DNA from: Octopus vulgaris
Taxonomy: Eukaryota
Assembly: GCA_951406725.2 (NCBI GenBank)
Contig: OX597834.1
Span: forward strand, 33,542,001-33,606,000
DNA length: 64,000 nucleotides
Direction: 5' to 3'
Positions 51,228-64,000 of the stretch are shown one piece after another (the stretch's first letter is position 1; every line of letters starts with the position of its first letter). Made by a program: the position numbers and the translations under genes. The notes beneath the pieces are model-generated. The model was not told the origin of the DNA, did not search any database, and saw only the letters and a program-made list of their open reading frames with translations.

Positions 51228-52452
51228 CAGAATGCAGACGGTATTTGAAGACAGATTTATGATTTAAAAGAAAAATGCTTATATAATAACAGAAAAAACT
51301 ATTTTTAAAAAATAACATAAACATAAAGCTAAATAATCAATTTAATAATTTCATCCAATAGAACCATCATAAGCATCAATAACTACCTCTGCACATGGTC
51401 AAAATCGTTAACAAACTCGGATTAAGTGGTCCTTGTTCATATCAGACACGACTTGAACTATGGCAGCTTTCAAAGAATCTTTAGTGCTATGGAGGTGTTC
51501 ATTGATATTTTTCTCGATGATGCTTCATACATAGTAGTCCAGTGAATTGAGATCTGGAGAATTAGGGGGCCAAATGTTGGGGGTCATGTGATCGTGCAAA
51601 TTGTCAGCCATCCTTTCTTGTGTCATTTGAGCCTTGTGTGATGGTGCAGAATCTTGTTGAAAAATATACACTGTTGATCCAAGGCTTAACAACTTTATCC
51701 AGAACCTCAATATACACAGCAGTATTCATTCTAAGGCCTCGCGGTAAAAAGTGAGGTGGGATCACATGTCCTTCATTGCTAACAACTCCCAACACCATGA
51801 CATTTGCAGGAAATTTTGTGTGCATTACTTTGGAACTTCAGAAGGGTTTGCACATAGCCATCTGTCATTTCTTCTGTTAGTTTTCTAGTCTTGGTCATAG
51901 TTTTTCTCAGTTGAGAAAAACCAAATCACACCATCTTCTGATGGATTTTTAACTTTGTTCAAAAGTCTTTTGGATCTGATGAAATGGTTTCCTTTTGTTT
52001 TTCTGATATGAATTTATCTCTCCTCATCACGTAAGATTTGTATCTGATGTCTTCATGCACAACATTTCTGATTGTTTTTTCTGACACATGAAATGTTTTT
52101 ACAATTGACCTCATTGGTTTTCTTGGAATGTCCTCAATGTTTTGCTAAACTTCCTGAATAAATTCAGGTGTCCTGGTAGAATCAGTGTTTGGAATGTTTT
52201 GTATATTTTGATACAGGTAATATGCTGCCATCTTCTTTCCCTAACTCACACTGGATCTTGTGGACAAAAGATCTTGCAGAAATTTCTAAATCACTATGCT
52301 TAGCCTTCAAAGCCACAATCACAGCAAGCCTTTTCATTTCATTAGGAAGCATAGGGCCTGTTATTGTTATTTTCTGAAATACAAGTTCAATAAAAGTTAG
52401 TCAAATAAAATGACTAAAAATGCACGTGTCCGCAAATACTGTCCGCACCCTG
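51228..52452 (-). mobile_element. Decayed full-length DD37D (maT) Tc1/mariner transposon
   Basis: TA-flanked ~26-bp imperfect TIRs (CAGAATGCAGACGGTATTTGAAGACA vs the reverse complement CAGGGTGCGGACAGTATTTGCGGACA). Frameshifted transposase FQQDSAPSH...WPPNSPDLNSLDY, with 37 residues between the last two Asp. Confidence 0.9.
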
Positions 52453-53899
52453 TATACACACACACACACAATGTTAATTCATTTATATATTCTTGTCAGT
52501 TCACCATACCCCCTTTTTACTATATTGTCTTCTCCTTAATTTCACTCTACTCCTACTGCTACCATTAGATCCTCAGACAGAGATAGTTCTCTCCTTGAAA
52601 ACAAGCTAGATTACAGAGTAGCAAAGAAGAACTAAGTGAGGAAAAATTCTTAGGGGCACACTCTGCAAGAAAACTAAAAGTTAAGGCCAGTGCTAACATG
52701 CTTAATGTTGTGTGCCAAGAAATTTAAAACCACATTTTTAATGAGGGGAAAGGATCATTAGCTTAATGAACAGTTCTAATCAAGAAAGACATGGGAAATA
52801 ACCATGGAATTTTAATTAATTAAAAATAGAATTTGGGTAACGGCATCATCTACTATACATCTCTGTCTTAGCGCTGACTCTAGATAAACCGCACCACCAT
52901 CACAGGAGAAAGAAGAGATTGAAACCTTGCTTCTTAAGACTGAAGAATTTTCTTGTTATTCTAAGACCTACAATCAAACTGTGTGATTTAATTTTTTTTC
53001 AGTTACAATGTATTTAGGACCACATATCTATTGCATTGTTCCATTTAGTCTTGTACATAATGTATATAGTTTATCTGGTTGTTGTCGTGTAGCTTCTTCT
53101 GGTCAGTCCTGGTTCAACAGACCGATGATCAAAGATATTCCAGCCATGATTATCCCAACTTAGATATTTAGACAAAGTGTATTGAGAGCCACATTATCTG
53201 AATAAAGTTTAATTTTTCTGTTTTAAAGACTTCAGTATAGTGTTTTGATTAAAAAAAAAAAAATATTAGGCTGCTATTTCTAGCAGGTTATGGACCATGA
53301 AAGAGAGTGGGATGGTCAGACTTGCATTGGCTTTGTTTTGGGGAGTGGTAGAGTGGACAGTCGTTTACTTTTTAAAAATGGTTGTTTATTAAATATTCAA
53401 TGGTGGTGGGCAGGGAATTGTTTGACAGGAATATGACTAGTTTCTTTGGAATATTATTCAACAGTGTCTTTGAATATTTATTATCTTCCTTTATTTTAAT
53501 TAATATTTTTAAAATTATTTTTTTTAAACACTTGATCTAGTTAATTAACGAACAATGTTCATTAGTTAATTAATTGGACCCATTGAATTATTAAACAAAA
53601 AAAATATTTTTTAATTAAAAAAAATAACATTGAACCTAAATTTTTTTTCATAAATTAAAAGTATGATTTTTATTATTCACACAGTGTTAGTCGCTCAAAT
53701 CTTAATTAGAGGTGGTGGTGGTGGTGGTGGCAGTGAGTATAGTGGTAGTGGTGTCAGTGTAGGCTTTCTAAAGTTCAACTTCTTTTTAAAAATACCAAAT
53801 TCACTTTTTTAATTTTAGCTTAGAACTTCAGCTAAATTTCATGAAAATCTTATCAAATTTTTATCACATTTTTTCACCCCACTACACCAAGAAACTAGC

Positions 53900-54225
53900 C
53901 TTATTTGTGCTTACAAAGCAGAACATTCAGAGTTGCCTTTTATAGAAATAATTGGTAGAACAAATCAGTGACTTGCCTTATGTGGAGACGATTAGGAGCA
54001 TTATGGAAATAACTGGAACACTGACTTGCCTTATATGACAGCAATTAATAGCACATTGACATGCCTTATATGGAAGTAAATGATAGAACACTCAAAAACT
54101 TGCCTTAAATGGAAGTAATTAATAGAACACTGAAAGACTTGCCTTATATGGTGGAACATGCAGTGCCTTGCATTATATGACAGCAATCAGAGACCGAGTC
54201 AGTGCCTTGTCTTATATGGCAATGA
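53900..54225. repeat. ~35-bp degenerate minisatellite containing CArG motifs
   Basis: Unit approximately GAACACTGACTTGCCTTATATGGAAGTAATTAATA, about 9 copies. Confidence 0.85.
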
Positions 54226-57200
54226 TAAAGGAATATTTGGGGAGCTGTACTGCACAGCTGTAAGTGTAACAGAACATTATCGATGTATTTCTGAGACTTA
54301 ACCTTAAAAGGCAGTCATTGATGTTCAGGGACTGATGCTAAATGCCTTAATACAGAACCATTTCAATTGTCTTTACGCATCAGACTCCATCATTTGGACT
54401 TTTCGGTTTTAGAACCAGATTTTAAAATCAGATCATTTAAACTGACACACACACACACACAAAAAAAATCAAAACACAAGACATATCTCAAAAAAATTTT
54501 AAACAAACTCTGATACACCACCTGCAAAAATATCTTAAAGTACCCTCTTAAAACTAATTTAATGCTATTTAGCCCCAGGTCAGGCTCTGATTGAGAAGAC
54601 ACTTATGATCAAAAGCATTCCAGCTGTGACTATTACCACCCCTCTTTTATTTGTATTTTTTGGCAGACCTGGCATACATCTAGAACCACATTATCTAATA
54701 TGCCATGTTATGTTCTTAAGATTGTGGTGTGTGTGATTTGAAGAAAGTTTGACTGTTATTTCTGAAACTGCATAGATCCTACATTGTTGTTTCGTTGTCT
54801 GATGTTCTTAACCATTTTGTTACCATATTTCTTCTCTTTCAATTAATTTTGTAAATAATGAAGAGTTTTGTAAAACGAAAAAAAAAAAATAATAATAATA
54901 CAGTCATTAATTAAGCTAGTGTTTGGAAAATAAATAAAATGGAATTTTGATGGAAGGTTTTAATTTAGATCATTTTAAAACAAGTTTGTATTGTAGAAGC
55001 AGGGAAGAGTCTCAGACAGATTAGTATTGTACAGGTTATATCCCAAGGGTCAGTTTTTGGGTTGGGAGGAGTCCTAATTGTTCCTTTCTCAATCTGCTTG
55101 AAAGCTGTACATTTTAAAGTCAATATTGTCACTCAAAAATCTGTACATGCCGAATTTAAGGGTTTATCATTATTATTGATTTTTATCAATTTTTAAGGTG
55201 GTGAGCTGGCAGACTCGTAAGCACATTGGATGAAACGCTTAGCTGCATTTCTTCTGATTATTTATGTTCTGAGTTCAAATCCTGGGTTGATAAAATAAAG
55301 TACCAGTCAAGTACTGGGGGTCAATGTAATCAATTTATCCCCTCCCCCTAAAATTTCAGGCCATGTGCCAAAATTTAAAGCCATTATTTTTTATTGGTCA
55401 TTAAAAAAAGAAAAAACACAAGTCTTCTTATTCATTAATCATTAAGGAAAAAACAAACAAAAATCAACTCAATGAAACAACAGTAAATGAGAGGGTGAAG
55501 AGGAGAGGCTGGATCTTTCATGCCTTGCTGAACAATATTTTTGAGCACAGCGGACAACATTTTCTGGACATGTTACAAGTATGGTCAAACCTCATGAACA
55601 AGAAATTAGTTTGTAACGGCAGCAGTGTTGTTGTTGTTGTTTGTTACATACACACATATGTATATATGTATGTGCATATATGTTTAGGGATAACGCACAA
55701 GGAAAAAAAAAATTTCCAAAGGAACTCTAAACCCTTCAGAAAAAACAATACCTTTCCCCTTTATTTTGATGGTCAGCATCATGTTTGCCAATGAAATCCC
55801 AAATCGATGGGTGATGTCTAAATAAAAGAATGATTTTTTTTTTTGTTATCGGAAAAAAAAGAGAACAAAGGACAATAAAAACATTGAAAAATGAAAAAAG
55901 AAAAAATATACAATTTTTTTTTTTGGAAACAAAGATATTTTTTTAATTCTTTCCCATGTTTTTTTATATATATGTGTGAAATTTTTTATTTTTATTTTCT
56001 AATCTTTATATTATATATAAATATGTAATAAGTAAAAAAAAAAAAGAGAAAAACAGCAATACATAAATATAAATAAAGACCAAAACCACATACATTCATG
56101 AAAAAGTATATATATATTAAAGCAAACACATACACACACCAAAAAAAAAAAATAATAAAAATGAATCAGATATATTTCAAGAAATCTTTCATTCCTTCCA
56201 AAATTCATTCATAAAGAAAGCTAGAAAAAAAAATGTCAATTATATTTCCTCCAAAAAATCACCCCCAAACCCCAAGATATTTTGCTATCAGAATATGTAA
56301 CATAACTTACTATTTCATTTCTGCAGTAAACAGAATTCCATCTCCATTAATCATTATTTTTATTATTATTATTATTATTTCTAACTTAGATACAAGACCA
56401 GCAATTTTAAGGGAAGGAGGTGGGGATTAGACAAAAGTGTCCACTCTGGGACTTGTCTGGTACTTTATTTTAATTGACCCCGGAGAGATGAAAGATAGTG
56501 TTAACCACAGCAGGAATTGGAGCTCATTTTCGTGATCAGAGTTCAAATCTCAAAGATCATCCTTGCCTTTCATCCTTTCAGGGTTGATAAAATAATTACC
56601 AAGCTCTGGGGTTGATGTATTTGACTAGCCCCCCCCCTCCCCCCCCCAAAAATTGTACCTATGGTAGAAAGAATTATTATTTTCTAATTTAGGCATATGA
56701 TAAGCAATTCTAAGAGGAGTGGGGTTAGCTCCAGTACATGGTAGGTACTTTATCTTATCAATCCTGAAGAGATGACAAGCTAAGTTTACTTTGGCAGAAA
56801 TTACTCATTTTCACAGTTTGTGTTCAAATCCTGCCATGACCAACTTTGCCTTTCATTCTTTCAGGGTCAATAAAATGAAGTATAAGTCCAATACTGGGGT
56901 TGATGCTATCAACTAACTCCTTTCCTTTAAAATTGTTAGACTTATGCCTAAATTAAAAACCATTATTATTATTATTGTTGTTGTTATCATCATCATTATT
57001 CTCCATCACCCCTCCATTGTGAACAACAAACCAGAACAATCCAGAATCTTCATATTTTCTTTTTTCTTCAGAACTCCTTTTTCATTTTTTTTTTTTTTTT
57101 TAATGGACAACTTCCTCACTGAAAGTTGAAGGCAAAAACCATTTATACGAAGGGCATTAATAAAGTCTAAATATTGGGGATAGTAAGAAACCAGTAATGA

Positions 57201-59062
57201 AACACTTGGACTAAACTGAGTTGCAGCAGACATTTTGCTTAGAATGATCTTCTGTAGTCTGTTCTGAGTTGAAATCTTTCCTTGGTTTGTTTAAAAAATA
57301 TTTTCATCTGAAGTTTCATTCTGGGGTGAAATTTAAGATGGGGAGGGTAAATAGTTCATTAAATAAATCAGTTACTGGGGCTGATATCAACATACCTCCT
57401 ACACACATCATCCACTTAGTGGAGGAGTGGCAGGCATATGTGCCTTGTGGTGTTCCTTATCATACCTTGAAGTCATGAGTTTAAATCATACCAAAGTTGT
57501 GCCTTATTAACCCTTCCTAAGTATATAAAATATGTACCAGTAATATACTGAGGTCAGTCAAATCATTTAATATCCCATCCCCTTCTGAAATTTGTGACCA
57601 TGAACTAAAGTTAGAAATAATTATCCTTATCACCACCATCATCATCAACTTAATTGTTGTCATCATCCTCATCATGACTTAATCATCGTTAACTTCTTCA
57701 TTATTATCATGCTCATCTTCATCATCATCATTCTTTTATCACAGTGTTATGGCAGAAACATTGGATTCAACATGCCATTATTTTATTTTAATCCTTTACA
57801 TTCTGAGTTCAAATACACCTGGGATTCCACTGTGCCTATTCATCTCCTCAATAATAGGGGGTACATACATGCATCTGTGATTCATTCAATTAAATTCGGT
57901 TCTTTACATAATCATTACCATAATTGTCCTTTTACATTTTCTGGGTTTGGAGACCAGGGTTCATAAAAGAAGCCAGTACCAGTCATATGCTAGGGGTTAT
58001 TGAATGGATCATACATTTCTCGCAACACGTTGCACCTAAGAAATCTTTTTGTCATTATCATTTTTGGGAGGCCTGATGGGCAGTGGCGATCCCAACACCA
58101 CCACCACCCACCCCTTTTCTTCCTGTCTCATTACGATCAGCTCTGCCTCTCCACTCAAATATCTCTGTCTCCTCCTCTGTTTAAATTCTTCTGGGATTCT
58201 CAAGAATATATTTTCAAAACATTGTTTTATTTTAGTCTATTCTTAACACTTCCTTCAAACCCAACAAATAAATTCATACATATAATTTTATACACGTGCA
58301 CACACACACATATAGATTTGTGTATTTATGTGTATATATATGTGTGTGTGTGTACATATATGTATATTTGTGTGCATAAATGTATATATATATGTATATT
58401 TGTGTATTATGTATATGTGTGTGTGTGTATATATATATTTGTGTATATGTATATATATTTATGTAAGGTGTGTGTGTGTGTATATACACACACACACACA
58501 CTCATGCACATCATATATACTATATACATAAAGAGACAAGCATGGCTGTATGGTTATTAAATTTCCTTTAGAACCACATGGTTCAGTGTCAGATAACACT
58601 GCATGCCACCACGGGCCAATGTCTTGTATTGCAGCCTTAGATTAAGTGGGACTTGGCATACAGGAGACTGTTCAGAAGTCCATTATATATATATATATTT
58701 GTTTCAGTCATGCTGGAGCACCACCATATTATATATAATGAGTGAAACAACTAAAAAAAAGATATATGTATATATAAAATATATACAAGTGTCTAGTGGG
58801 AGTTTGATATCTCACTGTTGAAATATCTTCATGTTCTGGTCTCATGACGTAAGGCTGAGCCTTGTTCTTATTTTACAAGACCTGTTTGCAATCAAAAAAT
58901 GACTGTTGGTAGAGGGCATATCAGCAGCAGGTAGTTTCTAGGATTAAGGCACAACCAAATTCAAAGACTTGGTTTATGGTGATGGACAAAAATTCTGACA
59001 ACACACTATATATATACATATATATATATATACATATATATACATATATATATATATATATA

Positions 59063-59671
59063 TGAGGGAGTACCCAAAAGTAACTGGAAACATTCTCTGT
59101 GGGACAAGTTCATTGTAATTCAGGCTTCTGCTGCCAGAGGTCAGGGTGTTTGTTGACCTCCTGAACGAATGCAGACATCAAAAAAATTCATGAACTGATC
59201 TAGGAGGACCATCATTGAACAACTGACAAACTTGTTAATATGACTGGTGTGTCCTGGAGCTCCTGCCAAAGAATTTTGAGCAAGGAATCGCAAATGACAG
59301 GATGCTGCTGATTTGTTCCTCCAGGTCAAACTATTAACCAGACATTTTACTTGGCACTTCTGAAGTGTTTGCGAAATGAGGTGAGATGAAAACACCCTGA
59401 TCTGTAGGATAGTGGAGGGTGGTGGTTTCATCACAACGATGCACCCGTGCACACCGCCTCGAGTGTGAGATAGTTTTGGGCCAAAAATGGCATGACCCTG
59501 CATATCCACCAAATCTTGCTCTCTGTGGTAGAGATGAAAATCAAAAGGATGGAGGCGTTAAAAAGCATTGCTTCAAAGGGAGAATACTTTGAAGGCGATA
59601 AAAGTGTAAACATGTAAAACTTAAGTGAATAAAACATTGCAAAATTTTGGTTTATTATGGGTACTCCCTCA
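59063..59671 (+). mobile_element. Internally deleted mariner element
   Basis: TA-flanked TIRs TGAGGGAGTACCCA / TGGGTACTCCCTCA. Stop-ridden transposase remnants FVPPGQTINQTFY...WFHHNDAPVHTA. Confidence 0.85.
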
Positions 59672-59682
59672 TATATACACAC

Positions 59683-59730
<48 letters not shown>

Positions 59731-60008
59731 TGCTTACAATTTATTCATATATATATACCTACAATTTATACATATGTATATAGTGCCATGTAATTTCTGG
59801 GTTTTAGGGTAGATTTTTTTTACCTTTTTCCCTCGTGTTTAAATGGTTTAGATGAGTTTCACAGCACCTTGGTTCTTCGTCATCTGGTTTGTTGTATATT
59901 TCATTTTTCTTTTCTTTTTTTTTTTGTTCTTTACATTTTTATGGCTGAATGACCATTTTATCATCATCAAGCCACTTTCACAATGTGGAATATATATATA
60001 TGTATGTA

Positions 60009-60064
<56 letters not shown>

Positions 60065-60375
60065 CATACATACACACACACATACAATAACACTTCAAAA
60101 TGTGACAAACCAGGTTGTATATAATACATATATATATATGTATGTACATATACCTCTCCATGTTGAATATACACTATATTCTGTTCCAACCATTTATCAT
60201 CATCACTAGCATCGTCATCATCACATATGGACATTGTCCTTTCAAATCCGTTGTTGTAAATACATAAGTCTCTACAAAATATTGTTTCATACAAATTTAT
60301 ATCATTGTCTCGCTATATACATACATAAATATATACATGTATGTATATAATTTCTAAGTGAAGCATTTAAGTCGA

Positions 60376-60440
60376 AATAAAATAAAAAAAATAAAACAAA
60401 ATTGTTTCACCTAACCTGTTTTTGTGTTTTTGATTTGATG
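60376..60440 (+). terminator. Candidate Notch polyadenylation site
   Basis: Clustered AATAAA hexamers followed by a T/GT-rich element (CTGTTTTTGTGTTTTTGATTTG), with TGTA elements upstream. No transcript evidence is available. Confidence 0.4.
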
Positions 60441-61135
60441 TCGGTTGATTGGTCGACACTGCACTTACATGTCAGTATAGCAGAAAATACGAAAAATATA
60501 TAAACCAATCCTGATATTTGTTTTTAACCCCTCAGCAATACACCTGTTCCTGTCCCTCTATCATATTTTCATTTCCCTCAATATCACACTCTTCTACTAT
60601 AGCCTCGGGCCAAACAAAAACCCAAAAACCTTGTGAGTGGATTTGGTAGATGAAAACATTGCTTAACAACCAATGCTGGCTTGGCAAGTGAGACTGATAG
60701 AATAAGTACTAGGCTTACAAAGAATAAGTCCTGGGGTCAATTTGCTCGACTAAAGGCGGTGCTCCAACATGGCCACAGCCAAATGACTGAATCAAATAAA
60801 AGAATATGTATGTATATTTAATCTCATCATCATCATTATTTCATGTCCAATTTTCCATGCTTACATGGGTCAGATGAAATTTGCTGAGGCAAATTTTCTA
60901 CAACTGAATGTCCTTCCTGTCACCAACCCTCACCAGTTTCCAAACAAAGCAATATTTTCCCTATTGCCAGACATGTTTTTCATGGAAGACCAGAAGCAAA
61001 TATCACTTGTATGGTGATGATGACACATAATTACATACACACACACATATGCACATACAAAGGGCTCTCTTAGTTTCTGTGTATGAAGTCCACTCACAGG
61101 TCTTTTAGTCAGCTGGCAGCCTTTTCTACATATCA

Positions 61136-61330
61136 AGCAGGGTTAGGGTTAGGCCATCTACCTGAAGGGATTTGTGATTTGTCAGCTTTCCTACTAAGAC
61201 TTGGGATTTTGCTAAATTAACTCTGAGACCTTTAATTCCAGGCCTTGCTTCAACTAAGGCATTTTCTCCAACACTTCTAATCCAGGGGATTCGTAAAGTA
61301 GTCAACAATGATTCCTGGAGGTCATCCATG
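61136..61330 (-). mobile_element. RTE-type LINE reverse-transcriptase fragment
   Basis: Minus-strand KGLRVNLAKSQVLV, typical of the segment after YADD in RTE RTs. Confidence 0.55.
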
Positions 61331-62877
61331 TGGCTTTCAAAGGGGTTGCTAAACATTTGAAATGAATTTGAGCATTAAGGGTGCTGAATTAATAATGAAA
61401 TGTGGGGGTTTTTTGTGCTTGTTGTATTTTTTTTTCATGATGAACAAAATTCCATCTAAAAAGATCTATCTGAATTAAAATTAGGAAACTCAAAATTCCT
61501 TAGCAGATTTCACACCATTGGCATACACCTAGTAAACATGCAATGCCAACTGGCTGATTGGCAAACTAATTAAGAAGTGTACACAGTGTGTATTTATAGT
61601 CTATTTACAATAGAGTGGTTTTAGTTGTCTGACAATTTTGAATTTACTCTAATTTACAGTCAAATATCAATGTAATAACTAGTATTCATCACACACATAT
61701 TTCACATTAAATATTCAGACTTTATCAATATAATATGACTGAATTTTGTATTGTTCTTTATCAATTTCGTTAAGTGTTTTCATTGAATTTCTTTAAATAT
61801 TTCTATCAAAGAGCGATAATGACACAAAAGAATGAAGAAATTCTTGTTTTGAAATCAAGACATTTTCTATTAATTATACTCTTTAATTTTATTTTAGAAA
61901 TTTACATGATGGGGGTCAATAAGTTATCAACAATTCCGTGAAGAGGGTCAATGATATAAGAAGTTTGCAGTTTAATGTGATTGAATTTTTATTATTTTTT
62001 ATCAATTTCATTAAGTGTTTTCATTAAATTTCTTTAAATATTTCTTAATAAAAAGCAGTAATGACACAAAAGAAAGAAGTAATTATTGTTTTTAAATCAA
62101 TAAATTTTTTATTAATTCATCATCAATATCATCAATTAATGTCCATTTTCTATCCTAGCATAAGGTTGGTAGTTTGACAAGAGCTGCACCAGGCTCCAAT
62201 TGTCTGTTTTGGCAAGGTTTCTGTGGCTGGATGCCTTTGCTAATGCCAACCAGTTTACAGCGTGTACTGTGTGCTTTTTATGTAGCACTAGCACAGGCGT
62301 GTTTTATGTGGCACCAGCATGGTGGCTTTGTATGTGATACTGGCACAGGTGCTTTTAAGTGGTATCAGCACCAGTGGGGTCACTTAGTAGTTTGCGAGAC
62401 AAAGACCTTTCAGCTGAGAGAGGGGTTGGAATTGAGAGAAGTGACTGTGCGCCAGGCGAGAGGTCAGAGTATGATAGAGGGACAGAAATAGGTGTCTTAT
62501 TGTAGAGGAGATACTTGGCTACCCGAGTAGGACAAGGGAAGAAAGGAAGGTGGGAGACAATTAAATAGGATGGGAAATAGTGAAAGGTAGAAGGCCTACT
62601 CACAGGGAATAGTGGGGGTGGGGAAATATAAGTTGTAGAGGGGATAGGGGAAGATGTTCCAAAAGTGTGAGGGGATTCTGTCTTGGCATGGTTTTTATGA
62701 CTGGATGCCCTTCCTAATGCAAACTGCTTTACAGTGTGGAGTGGAGTGCTTTAAATGAATATATGCACACACTTGGTTGTGTGAGTCTACAAATGCATAT
62801 ATGTAAAAAGTAATACTGTACACATTGACACATACACCTAAGCACATAAGAGACATGTTCACACTGAACATAAATTA

Positions 62878-63250
62878 CTCTTTTACTTGTTTCAGTCATT
62901 TGACTGCGGCCATGCTGGTGCACCGCCTTTAATCGAGCAACTCGAACCCTGGACTTATTCTTTTGTAAGCCCAGTACTTATTCTATCGGTCTCTTTTGCC
63001 GAACCGCTAAGTAACGGGGACATAAACACACCAGCATCGGTTGTCAAGCAATGCTAGGGACACACACACACACATATATATATATACATATATACGACGG
63101 GCTTCTTTCAGTTTCCGTCTACCAAATCCCCTGACAAGGCTTTGGTCGGCCCGAGGCTATAGTAGAAGACACTTGCCCAAGGTGCCACGCAGTGGAACTG
63201 AACCCGGAATCATGTGGTTGGTAAACAAGCTACTTACCACACAGCCACAT
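62878..63250 (-). mobile_element. CORE-type tRNA SINE copy
   Basis: Aligns by eye along its length with 4268-4701. Confidence 0.8.
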
Positions 63251-64000
63251 ACATCTATATGTGTACATGCACACACCAAATCGACCACATACAAACCCAG
63301 GGAACTCTTTTTAACTTGAAAAGTCTTGTCACTTGGTCCAGTTTTGAATTCCATTAAGAGAAGCCGAAACAAATCCCAAAGAAAAACATTCATACACACA
63401 TATCATAAACACAAACATCACACATACGTTACACATTCACACACATCACATCATACACACACACACGAATATCCAGATGTAAATCATCTGATAACATTGG
63501 ATGAGCCTCTCTGTATATGGTCGTTCAAAGTACCAGAAACAACAGCCAAATCTCTTTCAAAGCAAACCTTCCATTGGGGTGTCAGAAGCACCCATCTCCA
63601 ATCGATCTGGATGAATCCTCAAGCGAGACTAATGGTACTCGTGGATGTTATCCAACCATCTTATTTGCAGTGTACTCGTATTTCTCCCTAACTTTGTTAA
63701 GAGTAACATACATTTTTGATGAATTTTTTTCAGAGATACGTTTCCGAGGGCATAGATTACAATTAGGCGTAACCTACACGACTATGCCATCTCACCCCAT
63801 TTTGTTTTTGATCCTTTCAACCGCACGATTTTCACTAAGAAAAAAAAAAACAAAAACATTCGGATATTTTGCGTGGAATCAAGTACCCTGCGCCCGTATT
63901 TTCTCTCTCTCTCTCTCTTTTACATTTAATCCTGATATAATCTAATCCCAATGGGATTGGAAAAGATCCCTACATTGTATTTGTTGAAAATTTCATTAAA

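Noticed and set aside
63326-63945. ORFs or a promoter of a neighbouring gene at the window end
   Set aside because: The sequence is unique-looking and slightly CpG-richer, but it has no recognisable protein motif or splice pattern.

Overview
This is AT-rich, microsatellite- and SINE-dense animal genomic DNA. The repeat families suggest an octopus or other coleoid cephalopod; that assignment is an inference. The window is dominated by a plus-strand Notch receptor gene. I resolved 26 coding exons by hand (2563-49563; 6458 nt; about 2150 codons), all with GT-AG introns and consistent phase. They run from EGF repeat 8 through LNR, HD, TM, RAM, ankyrin, polyQ and PEST to a TAA stop at 49561-49563. 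The N-terminal exons lie upstream of the window. Introns and the downstream region hold several tRNA-type SINE families, RTE LINE fragments, a non-autonomous Helitron, hAT/mariner/TTAA-type MITEs, a decayed DD37D (maT) transposon, an internally deleted mariner, fold-back elements and minisatellites. Points worth following up: one fewer EGF repeat before LNR-A plus an extra CxxC; a divergent negative regulatory region and a Gly-free TM helix; genomic A's whose A-to-I editing would restore conserved residues, alongside long intronic hairpins; a tandem repeat seeded on an exon/donor junction; a possible ~10.8 kb 3'UTR; and a CArG-box minisatellite. No prokaryote-type system such as CRISPR is present. 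Most ORF-track entries are microsatellite or SINE artefacts.
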